Source: Lingula anatina (lineage: Eukaryota; Animalia; Brachiopoda). From it: a DNA stretch of 64,000 bases. Made by a program: the position numbers and the translations under genes. Below, piece by piece: positions 1 through 13,700 of the stretch; position 1 is the first letter of the stretch; each line of letters begins with the position of its first letter. The notes below the pieces were generated by a model, which did no database searches, had not been told where the DNA came from, and saw nothing but the letters and a program-made list of their open reading frames with translations. The stretch is from the NCBI GenBank assembly GCA_051362555.1, contig CM120643.1, forward strand, positions 18,790,848 to 18,854,847, read 5' to 3'.

Positions 1-13
1 CTATAGTGAAGAG
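1..13 (+). CDS. TCF25: TCF25 penultimate coding exon, 3' end (partial)
   Basis: c TAT AGT GAA GAG|gtaggt reads YSEE then a donor at 14, phase 0. It joins in frame to the exon at 357 and fits the ..LPNY.. segment near the TCF25 C-terminus. Only 13 nt are visible. Confidence 0.6.
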
Positions 14-356
14 GTAGGTGTCAAGTTATCTCTGAAGCTCAGGGTGGCTATGACAGATCGAGTATTGAATTGGAAAGAAAAGTTAGCTCCCCTTGTAAGA
101 AATCTCATCTATTTCACTTTGAAATAGCATTAAAAGTTGGTTATGTACAGTAAACTCTGCACTGCTTGTACACTTTGTGACTGGAAAAATATGTTTTGGT
201 TATGCAAAGATGAGTATCAGACAATATGTATTAACATAAATTTAAGGTACCAAGAAAAAAGGATACCACAAAAGTTGCTCCAGATAAACAATAATTCAAA
301 TTATAAGGTGAGAAAATATTTAGATACCATAATTAACTGAAAAACTTTCTTTGCAG

Positions 357-548
357 GAAGTCCCAGATGTCCCAGACGGTGCTGTAGGTGGGGCTGCTGC
401 TCCAACTGACATGCAGGCAGGCATTGGCGCACTGATGGAGGCCATGAGGGATCTCTTGAACAATATCAGACCAGTAGATGCTCCCAGAGAGGACGGGCAA
501 GGAGGCGATGAATTTGATGACCAAGACAACAATCCCGAGTGGGACTGA
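357..548 (+). CDS. TCF25: TCF25 (Nulp1/Rqc1 homologue) terminal coding exon
   Basis: Acceptor tttctttgcag at 356. EVPDVPDGAVGG...GIGALMEAMRDLLNNIRP...DDQDNNPEWD* resembles the TCF25 C-terminus (LM.A.RD...N helix, acidic tail ending EWD). Confidence 0.8.
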   Translation, partial: EVPDVPDGAVGGAAAPTDMQAGIGALMEAMRDLLNNIRPVDAPREDGQGGDEFDDQDNNPEWD

Positions 549-2308
549 CGAAGCTAAAACTCGTCATATGTTGTATGATGTGTACAGTTGGTGCCATGGT
601 CACATCTGATCAGACACATACTGTCGGGAGCTGTTTGACAGATTTGGCAAGGACTGGTATAAATTTTAGTCGATTAAGTTGCGTTTCAGAAAGAATCTAA
701 AAGGCTGCTTATACTAGTGCCTCCTTTTTCAATCACTTTTCACTTTGTAAGTTTGGTCCTAAATTGCAATTGTTTTGATACCTATTCTCCTCAGTGGTGG
801 TAGAATTTTATTTTGTTTCATTAAATGCCGTACATTTGTTGTTCACCAATTATTTTTAAAAAACACTCTCAGACCATCATTGCAAAGTCAACTTTAAACA
901 TCCAGCTATTCAGGTTTAGCAGCTTAAGCTAAGTCCCAAATCTGTGGCTAAAGGTCTAAAAGTTTATACAACTTTTACATGTGACATTATTAGCCTCATT
1001 GGCCAACAAGGAGGAATGTGGTCACCAATTATACAGTGGAACTACTACAGGAACTGTACAACGGCATTTTTATTATACAATCATGTAATTGGTGAGGTGG
1101 AATTATTCTGCAGTTTTCTGGTGAACTTCAACTGCATCTGAAAGAAAACAAGTAAAATGGCTTGTCTAAAGTGACAGAAGAGACCCAACAGTTTTGCTCA
1201 ATCAAACAATTAGAGAAGTCTGGAAGGGTAAAATACAGTGTAAACTGCATACTTCCAAGTTCACTTAGAAGTATGGACCAAGTATGTTGATGGAACAGCA
1301 AGTTAATCCTATTGGACAACACATGACCAGTCTCTGACCAATGAGGTGACAGCTGAGAGAGGGTTATTCAACAAAATTAAGACAACAGTTCAGCATGGTG
1401 TTGAGCATATGAGCTAATAAATTTTTTCTAGTATATTCATCTCTTAAAGATGGTGGATTGATTTGCATAAAAGTAATTCGACCAGAAATGTTTTGTTAAC
1501 TAATAATATCACTGTTAACTGTGATAGTGCAATATGATCATAAATTATGATCTAGAAAATAAATTGGTCTTTTTTCCATATCTATGCTGTTATTTGTTTA
1601 TATTTTTTGTTGCAAATGTTATTAAGATAAAGCAGGATCACAATGACTGACATGAAATGTTCTTAAGAGTTCATTATTGTTAGTAAATGCTTTGCATTTA
1701 GCCAAAACTTTTTGACTAGTAGCTGAGCAAGGAGCGCTGTGACATATCAGTAGTATTGGTACATCACAGAAACCAATAAAATGCCAAAGACAATGTTCCT
1801 GATGAGGTTGACTGGTCTTCAAATGTCTGAGATGCATCTTAAAATCGAGTGCAAGTTCTATATTACAGTAACTGAAAATAGAGATTAAGTGCATCATGTT
1901 TAAGCTGATCTATTTATTAAATGTCATGACAAAAATGTTTGGTTAAAGTCACTGTAAAATGCACCATACCATAATAAATTATTATTATAATTATGATTAA
2001 AGTTATTTTCAAATTTTCTTGGAAAAAAAAAAAACAGAATAAACATTCGTAGAAACAATGCAGTCAACAGTGATAACATCTGTACAGTGACAAACTGCCA
2101 GAAAACAATTTCCATACATTAAATTGCAGACCCTTCATTTCCACTTTACTGCAGGTAGTATGAAATGTAACTCGTAATGCTCATTTGAGACTAGTATATT
2201 TCGCAAATAAATCACAACTTTTACTTTCGAGTTCCATACTCGTGAATACCCAATAAATACAAGTGTCCAACACATCAACCAATAACAATGTGCTTTTTTT
2301 GTTATTCA

Positions 2309-2393
2309 TTATTGTCCATTTTTACTGGAAGTTTCTGGGACTTGTCTGTGATCAAAACCCACTGCTTCTGTTACGCTTGAATAACCATCTTTT
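2309..2393 (-). CDS. DHODH: DHODH last coding exon
   Basis: Acceptor at 2394-2395; (E)KDGYSSVTEAVGFDHRQVPETSSKNGQ*, TAA at 2309-2311; matches the DHODH C-terminal G(F/Y)..V..A(I/V)G.DH motif. Confidence 0.92.
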
Positions 2394-2660
2394 CTGAAAA
2401 CAACAAGAAAATTGGTACATCAAAAAAATCTTGACATCATCAGTTCATATGGAAAAAATTACAGTAATTGATTCCTAACATTAAACAAGCAAATTAAGTT
2501 TGACTTAATGCTTTTTCCACAAAATCAGTTACAAATATCCCAAAAGACACTTGTATATTCTTTAATTATTTCTAAAGAAAAACTTCTTTAGCATTTGGCC
2601 CCACTTTCAAATGCAAGATAACCTGAGCCTAAGAAGGAATCAGGTGAATAAGTCACTTAC

Positions 2661-2820
2661 TCTAATAGCTCATCTAGTTCTCTTCTTATTCTGTCAACAA
2701 TTGGTGGTCCTTCATAAGACAAAGCTGTATACAGTTGTACAAGAGAGGCACCTGCTTTAATTTTCTCATAAGCATCCTCCCCACTAGCCACACCTCCAAC
2801 ACCAATAATTGGAAGACGGC
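2661..2820 (-). CDS. DHODH: DHODH exon (160 nt)
   Basis: [39 protein letters not shown]; canonical ag / gtaagt. Confidence 0.97.
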
Positions 2821-3156
2821 CTAGTTGAATGCAAGTTAAGTCAATCACAGATCTTTTGATATTTGGCACTTTTTCCTAATATATTTCAATTGGATTATAA
2901 ATATTTTATACATTTACCTAGCATAAAGAATATGCTGATCTCCAAAGTGTATAAAGGTGGCCTTCTGCTTGGCTGGTGACTGTTTTAACCTTTCAATTCC
3001 TCAATCTGATGAGTTCAGACATTGTAATTGCATGCATGTGTATGCTTATGTTTTAAAAATCTTAAGTTGTAAAAAGGCCTGGCCTACAAGTGAAGTCTTA
3101 TTTCAGCCTCTCTTGTAGCTATTACCTATAAATTCAATATAACTCGATCATTTTAC

Positions 3157-3310
3157 CTTGAGTAAGTTTGTACATGTCCCTCAAGGTCTGTGTTGAAAGC
3201 TCTTTAAGAGGTGCTCCACTCAAACCACCTGTTTCATCCTTACTTTTGCTTTGTAAAGATGGTGGACGACTTACAGTTGTATTTGAAATTATCAAGCCAT
3301 CCACAGACTT
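3157..3310 (-). CDS. DHODH: DHODH exon (154 nt)
   Basis: [40 protein letters not shown]; NTT and GGLSG motifs; ag / gtaaaa. Confidence 0.97.
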
Positions 3311-3726
3311 CTGAAAAGTGAATAAATTACTAGTAGATCTTCACAGGGTTGCTTTTATGCGATCTTAAATAATGCTTTTATTCTTAATGCAGATTCAGAA
3401 ACTCTGCATTTAGTACACATTAAATATTTCTTTATAAACTTTTAGCTCATTCTTAAAATAACTTCAATGCTCTCTAAATTATCAGCATTTCTACTGTTGA
3501 GAACTTCAAGGCAACACAACCATGTGCTTCTCTAACACAACAAATTTTTTTTTCAGCACCAAGAACAGTATTCCCTGCTGCACACAAATGTCATGTTTTT
3601 AAATGAAAACAATAATTAAAAATAAAATAAAATGAACCAGAAAATTAAAAATCTATTCCACAGTACTAAATACACCAAACAAAAATGTTATATTGTGAGC
3701 TCTCCAGTTTATTATGGCTCACTTAC

Positions 3727-3846
3727 ATTGGGTCTTGCTAGGACAGCAGCAATGTCTATCTTATCCTGCTCTGTAAGGTCTGGAGCTATCTTTACCAGTA
3801 GTGGAGGCTTCCTCTTGCATTGTAATTGATTCCTTGCTTCCAAGAC
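3727..3846 (-). CDS. DHODH: DHODH exon (120 nt)
   Basis: [36 protein letters not shown]; KIAPDL motif; ag / gtaagt. Confidence 0.96.
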
Positions 3847-6800
3847 CTGAAAGCAAAAAATGAAACACAAGTGAGATACACTTCAATATGTTTGTCTACA
3901 CTGTAATTATATTACGGATATTATATCATTAATATGGCTATAATGTTGATTTGAATACCATGTAGACAGTTTGTGAAAAATAATGTTGTTTATTTTTGCC
4001 ACACTTGTAAAATTCTTTTCAGACCAAAATACTTCTTAAGTGACATATTACCAAGGTGTCTTGATCTAATTTCTTTCTATAGTTGCTCACGTTTTTCCAA
4101 ACTAATAAAATAATTCACAGCTAAGTTGACCATCTGTAAGGATGTCAGTTAATTATTCCAAGTTTAAAGTTAGACCTACTCCTATTGCACCTTAAATGGT
4201 CTGAGTGTGAACACAGCAATGGCAATATTGTATCAGTTTGTAACACGACACTGCAGTGACATATAGATGGTTGTGATACATCACGATGTCACCAGGGGTC
4301 ATTTCACTGTCACAACATCCATTGTCCACAGGTGTCCACTTCAGCATCACTGACCGGTTCACTGGGCCTTTTTTCAGCAAATTATGTCAAGCATACACCA
4401 TGTAAATATTTTCTGTCACCACTGAGCATTCAGTCAGTTGGGTAATAACTGTATTGCTAACCTTCGCCCTGTGTATCAGAGTTTACCAGAAAACCGCCTT
4501 TGTTTATATCAGAAAGGAGAGGCAAGTCACTATTATTACTCTGAAACTCAGGGTGGCAAGCCTCCAGCTTAGAAACTAGGCCCAAACTATGCTCTTTGGC
4601 TTTGATGAAAATTGTATAGGCATAAGAAAGTGAAATGTGGAAATTGCTGTACATCAATTTGTCATTTTGACAAACAAAAACTTTATCTAAAAGTGACCAG
4701 GGACAGATAAAGATATTGGCCATTAAACAAAAATCAAACAGAAAAATTCACATCCTGAATGACTGGCATGATACTCAGATATTAAGAATTAACTCCTGAT
4801 ACTAAAATTAATTCGACTAATGAAGAGTTACAATAGTTTATTGTTTTGTAACACAAAGCATATTTATAACATATGATAATATTCATTTACTTCATTCATT
4901 TGCCCAGATATTGGGGGGGGGGTATTCATTTAAGTCAATGAAGTTAATGAACAATTAACTAAGTAAATATAGTAAAAAATAAAAATAATAGCCTGTACTT
5001 AAGGTCCAAGAAAAGAGAATGGTATCTGACACTGGCATCTGTGTAAATTCTAACTGATTTTAATTAGATTCCAACGCAATACTGTAAAAATAGCCTGAAG
5101 GAAAGCACTTCTTTCTAAAGAAATCTAATTTTTTCAAAGTTGTCAACCTCAATTTGTTCACCTAGTCTGTAAAATGTTAATTCTTTTTGGGTCTATTGTC
5201 ATGGTAAATTCTGACTGAAGACAGTGACTTAGTAAAAATGGGTAAAAACAGCCCCTTTAAACCAACACCAACACATAATTGCAAACACTTTGTAATGCCA
5301 TTCCAATAATCATATGCATAATGATAACATAAGCGACAGTAAAATCACTATGAATCCAAATAAAGTAAATTAAATGCTTTAGTCAGATTTTTTAAATCAG
5401 TATGCTGAAGTCCTTGTTCAATGTTAACTCACGTAAGCTTCCATTCTTAAAAAGAAATGAAAGAATCATTAAATTCCTCGTTGGGTCAAAAGAGAGGTGG
5501 TTTAACCCCATGCAAAGCCAAGTGTGCCCCCAAGCCAACGGCTGTGCCCAGTAATTGAAAAGTTCTGTTTAGTCACCTGACTAATTAAATACAGAAACAA
5601 AAATGAAACAAAACAATACTGTAAATTCAAAATGGACCATGCTTAAACAGCAACTGGAGAAGAAAGTCATATTTTAGTTCCAATGAAATGATTAAGGGGC
5701 CATTTTAGTACAAAATATGGACTGAATTTTTCTTACATCATCTGTGATTAACCAATATATTGCCAAAGCATTTATTGCATTTCCTTGCATTTTTATTTTG
5801 CAAAAATACATGATAGCAGAATATAGGGACAGTACTGTTTTGATATTTAAAAAATAAAAACACTGATTCTCTCTCTCTCTCTCTCTCTCTCCTTATTGTA
5901 CAAGACAGTCTGAATGTTATTTTACATCAAGTCAAAAATAAAATTCAACAAAAAGTATACAAACATAAAAGCACGTACATCTTACACCATTAAGCACAAA
6001 CTTAGATGAGGGAAGTTCTCTTAGGTGATACATACAAATAGACAGTCTGTCAGATTGGTGTTTTACAACTTCTTTTGCCCCATTTAACGTGAAACAAAAG
6101 TCGTCTGACATTTTAACACCATGTATCCTGCACCAATTACTGTCCCAAGGAGAAAGTCAGACCAATTCACTGGATCATATTATCAAAACAAATGTAATAT
6201 GGTAAAGCCTTGCAGCCACACATGTGAACCCCTTCAAAAATACTACCGCAGACAGTTAAACTCTGTATCAAATTAACTTTCACAGAAGGCCAGTTGCCTG
6301 GAAAAAAGTTGGAAAGCCCTTACTCCAAATTGTTTTTGCATGTTTTGAGGACAATGTTTCTGTTCGTGTTTTCAATACTCCAGATATCTAAGAAACTGAC
6401 TGAGAAATTGTGGAATTTCCACCAATAACCTATGTTCTTAAACACATTTTTAAGGCATATGTTTGGAACTTTTTGACTAAGAATTTAATTACCACATATA
6501 ATTGCATTGCGTATATATTAGCCTGAAGTGTTAAAATCATCACATCTAGAGCACTTTTCCGTTTAAAGTTTGCATCTCTTGAACCAGATGTCACAAACAA
6601 GTCATATTATGTAAATTCTTTCAAAACTCTTATTAGCCGCACACTGTTAATACATCTGCCAGGATCAAATTGAATTCCAATTATTCACCATTTTAAGCAA
6701 CAAATATTTGAGGAAATGCCACATTTATCTATTCATTACACACTCCATAGGTTTCTTAAGTGGGAGGCCTGGGTGTCAAGGTTTTCTCTCCACTTTAAGC

Positions 6801-9800
6801 CATGATAGTTACAAATGGCAAGTGACATTTTAAAAGTCATTTCCCTGTTTAGTAATGCAAAAGTACTGTAAGGATGTTTGTTAAAATACTATTCAGTTTC
6901 ACGAATTGAAACATTTACAAAATTCTTTAACCTTCTAAAAATAATAAATCACTATTCAATTTCAATCCTTTTTTTAATCTATTAGTCCAAATGAGGAAAT
7001 TTCAGTAACGGTGATAATAATTTTTTGAAGTAACAAACAAGGTGCAAAAGTACATGATAAGGAGGTTCAATTATAAAAGTTTCAATGAAATTGACTGGAA
7101 ACTGTTGACAAAGATGGCCATACTGAGATACTTGGTCCATATGAACTAAGTATTATTCATATCTCATTAATTTCATTTGTGTAAAAAAAAATAAAAAATG
7201 AAAACCAAGAAAAAATTTCACTTTACACGTATATAATAACTGGCCAAAGACAGATAAACAATCACAGACGTATGGACAGACAGATTTTCAATATAACCCT
7301 CCTCTGTGTTTTCCCAGCTAATCACTGTCACATTTTACCTTTACTGAGTTTTCTCCCCTTTATCCTCATCATATCTTCTTACAGATGCCTCATTTATAGA
7401 GAAAAGAAATAAATCCAAGGAACAAATGAACCGAAAGATTCAGAACCCAGGCCAAAGGACTCCCATATCACAAAAACATGTATTTTTTTCCAACTTTAGT
7501 AACCCCCACAGGCTTTTCTGTCTGAACAGAAACCATCAAAGATCTCTTAAAGTGTGTTTTACAAATTGATACTGTTCAAGTTTTCAAGTTTTCTTTGGCT
7601 GAAACATTCTCCCTGTCCATCTATCCAAATTCAAGGGGCCTTGGGTTTCTACATACAGCCCTGAACCATGGATGTCACAATTAACAGTTGCTTTGGCCAA
7701 ATTTACTTTATTCATTTTCCATATTTCTGACCACAACATCCACATGCAGGCCCTGAGTAAGCATGGAGTTTAATATACGTATAGAACACTACTACACTGC
7801 AGTTTCTCATGAACCCCACTGCATTGAGTTCAAAGGGGTAGATACTATTTGTTTTATTTGTTAATTATAAGCTCAGTGGTTTGCTTGGCCTTGTCTTTGA
7901 AATGGCCTTGGGCACAGTAAAAAGTATGTTGAAGTTTTTCCTTGAATCAACTTCATGTATTGTTTGATTATTATTTTTTACATAAAAGTGGGTGCCAAAC
8001 TATTACTTATAGAAAAAAGAAAGCAAAAAACACAACAGATGGAAAGGTGGATTTCTCTTTAAATTCCTTATTCCATTATAGAGCATGACTAAAATTCCTC
8101 ATTCAAAACTCCTCAGACCTCTTTTTATATATATTCAATGGTCAAAACAGTTAACAGAAAATGAGTAATGATGTCCTATCTGAATCATTTGAAATCATTC
8201 AAAAATTGAGTCAATTAACTTAAACCATAAAATGCTTCAGCAAGCACTAATGTAAACAATGTTTTTTTGTTTTTGAAATAAACACCGAGGGACATTAAAC
8301 TTTGAATTTTAAACCATAAACTTGAAATACGATGACAATTTTGACATCTTATTAGGGAACAAATCCATCTACAATGGAGGCTACTCAGTTGATTTTTCTG
8401 TAGGAAATGTTTCTACAGACATTTGCCAGGGACAAAACAGATACACACACAAATTGAGCAAATAACATGACATGTTAATTGCCCCTTATCTTAACGAATA
8501 AGGAAGCAAATACTAACATGATATCAACCCCTTTAGACAGATTCAGATGCTGCACTGTGTAACCAAGCACACATGCACACAAATGCAGAAACCCAATCAA
8601 AAACTCTATCTTGCAATGGCAATAAAAGCACCTTACTTTTTGTGAATGAGCCTCAAGAACTGTTTTCTGTGCAGTAATGCAAGTCAACACAAGCACCCAT
8701 CCCCTTCTGGCAAAAATAAAGTAAAAATAAATATACACTGACAATCTTGACATTGGTGCATTTTTTAACACTCAGTCAGTGCCTTATCAAGCAATAAAGT
8801 TTACAGCTACTTAACAAGCACTCTTCAGGGTCAGGACATAAAATGTTTAACATATTTCTAACTGCTTACTACTTCAACTGATGTAAATTATTATTTCCTT
8901 TAATTCAGACCACTGCTGTATACATGTACAACATCAACACTGCATGTATACACTGTGCTATGTCACATAAATAAAAAATATGTTTTTTTCTAAAAGGCCA
9001 CAAAAGAAAGATGCCACAAAAGAAACAGCATTTTAAGAACAAAGTGATGTAATTTGGGTGTAAGTATCATCGGTGTTTAAATTAAAATTCAGATTTGTAC
9101 CAAACCTCCTACCCCAACATCCACACTGCATACTATATATGTACCAGTACTCAACAACCCAACAAATACAAATAAAACAGTAAAGGAATTCAAGTCAAAT
9201 ACTACAAGACGAAATTGATTAAACATTATCCTTGGCTAGCATTCACCCAACATTAAGGACGAGAGACTACTACTCTTTTCCCTCTCAAGCCTTAAGCAAA
9301 ACCATCAAAGCCAAAAAAAATTGACTCCTCCTTTTAACAAACATGGCAAAGTACACCCACAAACTTTCAAGCAGACCACTTGAGGCAAGTGATATATAAC
9401 CTACTTACCCTAGCCCAACTTGCAATTTATTAATAACTCTCTGATTAAACAAACTCCACAAAACACGCCACAAACTTTCCAGGAGTAAACTGTTGGAACA
9501 TGCAGAATGGCAGGTGCCAATCAAATGGTTGCTAGACAACCAAAAAGGCAAGTGCTATAAAACTTAGGCAGGCATGTGTCTTATCTTACTACTTGGTCAG
9601 TACCTCCGTGAGATAGGAGATACACTTGTGTAAAACAGAATGCTTTGGAAAACAACTTAATATAGCAACACTTCAAGAGATCAGTCCAGGACCAATTTTT
9701 AATTAATCAGACAGCAAGAACAGTCCAGAAACAAGGTATGTTGAAATATTTGCTTTTTTTTAATCCAAATACATGTAATGTAATTTTTGTTATCTTAGAA

Positions 9801-10554
9801 TTAATTTATAGAACTATGTCACTTTTTCAAAATTTAGGGAACTGCATTGATTTCTCCCTTTCACAATACTTTTGGCAGTAACAAACTTCAAGATTAGCTT
9901 GTAAATAAAATTATATATAACAGAATATTACTGTTATGACAGAACTATCTTAGGGCATTCACATAAGTCATGGCAAAATGCAGCTCTGACCACCTCATTT
10001 GCATCCACATATTCACACTGATTACATTACATCATAGTGGGTACACAGCATGTGAACAACCAACTAGTTTCAAGTTGATCATTTTGATCATACTGGCTCC
10101 ACAGACCATGGTCATGACATGACATAGCCTTAGCTGATTGCATTATGGCCCCAGCATACTGTTCTGTAACCAGAAGTTGATTGCACATCATCTTGCTGTG
10201 TCCCCAGCAATCAGTAGGGGCTGAATGCATAGCATCACACAGGCTTTGTAGGACATGTTCAAGGAATCAATCTAATTAGATACTAACAGGCTAACTTCAG
10301 TATGGAATTTGAATGAGTTTCATCCTTTTAATCTTCCCACCAGAATATCAGCTTTATAGCTGAACTGTACTAGGCTCAACTAAAACAGGTATAGATATTT
10401 TTGTGAATGGCGTAGTTTCATGAAAGGGGCATATATTGAGTTACATCAAACACCACAACTTTGTTTTCCTAACAATAATAATAGCACTGAATGTATGCTT
10501 AGATTAATCTAAATGGAATGGTGTGTGTGTGTGTGTGTACATATCCAATAAGCC

Positions 10555-10722
10555 GTGACCATCTGAGGTGGACTGTGTGTTGGCATCCTCAGTTTCTGAG
10601 GGGGCGGGGCTGTATTGACAGGTACCCTGAGTTTGTGAGGTGGGGCTGGTGTTTTGACTGGCACCCTGAGTTTCTGAGTGGGTGGGGTAGCTTGATTGCA
10701 ACCCTACCATCTGTGAGGTTTA
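10555..10722. repeat. Degenerate ~39-bp tandem repeat (about 4 units)
   Basis: Recurring g(c/t)a(c/t)cct(g/c)agttt(c/g)tgagg...ggggc units. Confidence 0.6.
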
Positions 10723-13700
10723 AGATGAGTGGACAGTGGCCTGGATAACATGGGGAATTGCAATCAAATATCTACTTCCTTTTTTTTTGGGGGGGGGGGG
10801 GAGGATGCAATTAGTTGACTATTTCCCATCTTCAAACTAAAACTTTTTTTAGCTTAAACCATTCAGAACACATCCCATATCCATTGTATGCCAGAAACTC
10901 AGGATGCTAAGATGGGACCTCAAACAGTTTACCTGAATGGCCAGAAGTATCAAAATATCATAAATCAACACAGTTTGTTTTCATAACAACTCTTCAAATC
11001 AAATCTAGATGATTCAATTTGCAGACAAAATACACTGTGACCAGTTTGGGTGCTTTCTTCTTCTGCCTCATATACCTGCTGGGTAAGGGTGAGTGACCAA
11101 AACAATATTATTGAGGAAAAGAAGGAAAACTATGTCCTTTCTTTCTTCTGTCCAAAAACATTTCTGATGTGTAGGCTGCCACTGGGAGCTTTGATAGTTG
11201 AATGGTAAATAAAAATAGGACTAGATGTTATTCTAAGATAGGTTCTTGAGGATATTATGTACACCTTTATAAATGACCACAATAAAAGACAAACATTAAT
11301 CCTACTCCTACATTTTTGAAAAAAAAAAAGGTAGATAATGTCTAAGTAACAGCAGTTATAAGCAACGCAAAGAAGTTAGAACTAGTGAAATTTTGTCTTA
11401 ATATAAGCTGGTCTGAGCCAGCAAACACCAGCACCTCATGGCAGAAATTGAATTGCCAATGAAGTGATGACTATATTTTTCACCCCCCCCCCTCCTCAAA
11501 AAAAAAAAATAATAATAAATAAAATATATATATTCCTTTTCTACTATGCATTTAATTCTATCACCAATCAATCACTCAATTCAAATAAAGGTAACTATAT
11601 CTAAAGGTAAAGGTATCTGTCCAAAATGGATGATCAAAAAATGTCAGGCATACCAAAGGCGTTCTTGCACTTGCTATTTCACTGATCAAGATCTGCATGG
11701 CAACAATAGATACTGACAGATCTAATGCATGCACGATTTTGTTTTCAAACCTTCATATCAGCTAGGTACTTCTACAAATGGGCTTATATGGAAATTTGAA
11801 CATGTAGAGGGTGGCCTGCATGGTTCCTGTAGCTCAATCCATGATTATTTCAACTGATCCAACTTCTATCCATTCGGTTTGATCAAATAATTCTAAAATG
11901 TCTAGCAAGATGGATGAATACCCTCAAGAAGCTTTTAGTGAGGATTATCAAACTATTGTCTAGTTTACCCATATAATTTTGCTACTAAATCTTAAAAGTG
12001 ATAACTGCATGGTTTAAACAGGATGACAGAGAAAGATTTTATCATGTTTAATGAAAAATGACAGTTGGTCTTGTTTTGATCAATTGCTATCAAATTACTC
12101 AATTAAATTTTGGCAAATTAAATTTGGAGTGCTTGATGATCTTATCTTATTCAAATAAAAACATCTTCAAAGTATGATACCCATCCCTAAACATCAACTG
12201 TCACAGTGGCTTCATCTACATGTGATTGATGATTTCTACACTGAGTACAATTTTTTCATTTAATGATAATGTCAAAAGATAAGGTTTGCTTCTAACAGCT
12301 CATCTACCAAATCAATGATTATGAAGTGCAAAGGGAGGGGGGTTTCAGGAAGTTTGAAAGAAGCAAACTTTTGGCTGTAAAAGCTCTGCTCTGGATTTGA
12401 TACCTTTTGGCTAGGAAGGTCTGCTTTGAATCAAATTATCATGTATGATGTCATTTATTAAATTGGGTCAATTAATGAGGTAAAAAGGTCATTTTTGGAA
12501 AGCCCCAACCCCCTTCAAATTTCTGTCAACTGGCCTGTATAATTCTTCTTTGTTCTTGCCAAAATTTTCCCTAAATCAATATCAAATACTGTTTCTTGTT
12601 GTTGATCTGATCTTCATCTCATAAGGGTGACAACAACTGCTTTAATCAGCACAACTTTGTATGCCATATGCAATATGGGAACAGTGCTATGAACTGCTGT
12701 AATTTCCCCAATTCAATTTCTAATCTCGATTAATTTTGAAATGCTGACATAAGATTTTATCAATGTATCAATAAAGTAAATGTAACACTCAATATTATCA
12801 TCACAGTGCTGAAAATTGTGGAACTTTTCATGAATCTAATTTTTGTACATTACCATAGCATTTGTAAGAGTTTGCTGATAGCACAAATTAATGTAATACA
12901 GATTCCAAATATTCCAAAAATGTTCATTGTACCCTACTAGTTTTCTCAACCCCCTTCCAACCTACCTTACTCACCCCTTAAAAAAAAGCTCATCTTACAA
13001 AGGTGCCAGAATCCTAACAGACAAATGGTTGTATCATTTTCAAAACTAAAAAATATCCCCAAACATTTTTTAGCTTTTCAATCTAGACTTCTATTGCATC
13101 TAAATCAATGATGAAATGATTGCTTTACCAACTACTGATTGGGCCATTACCTGAACCATAGCTCAGGGTGTGTAATCTGGAGAGGAAATATTTGATCAGG
13201 AGAAAATGAGCAGGTGAACCTCGTGTGAGTAAGAAGATGATTTTGAAGGTAATAAGACTTAAAGTTTAGATAGAAGCTAACTTGTGTATGATGCTGTAGA
13301 ACTTTCTATCTCTCTCTCTCTCTCTCTCTCTCTGTATGTGTGTGTGTGTGTGTGTACGTGTGCGTCTGTATGTGTGTGCTTGCACACATGAGATAGGGGA
13401 AAAGAGAGAAGGTGGGGATGATCATACAGATCATGTCGGCATGAAGTGCAAGTGAGCCAGCTATGCCAGTTTTGTGACAAAAACTCAGAAAACATGCATG
13501 TAACTATTACAGCTCATAGCAGAGAAAGGACTAGCTGACACTAACAGGATTTATTATTTCCTATGTCTGAGTTGTTCACATTCTTACGGTACTAATATCA
13601 ATGCCTACATTGTGTAAGGAAAGTAAACATGAAAAAAAACCACTGTTTGTTCATGGAAAACATGTTCTGTTTGCTAAAGAGTTTTTCTCATTCTCTGATA

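Noticed and set aside
546-566. TGA-C stop plus hairpin (tgacga...tcgtca) as a readthrough or selenocysteine signal in TCF25
   Set aside because: An in-frame TAA follows two codons later and no SECIS was recognised; EWD is the expected terminus.
7405-7465. tRNA/SINE-like fragment on the minus strand
   Set aside because: No cloverleaf or convincing A/B boxes.
10560-10585. let-7-like start (tgaggtgg...)
   Set aside because: Seed mismatch, no precursor hairpin, and it is part of a tandem repeat.
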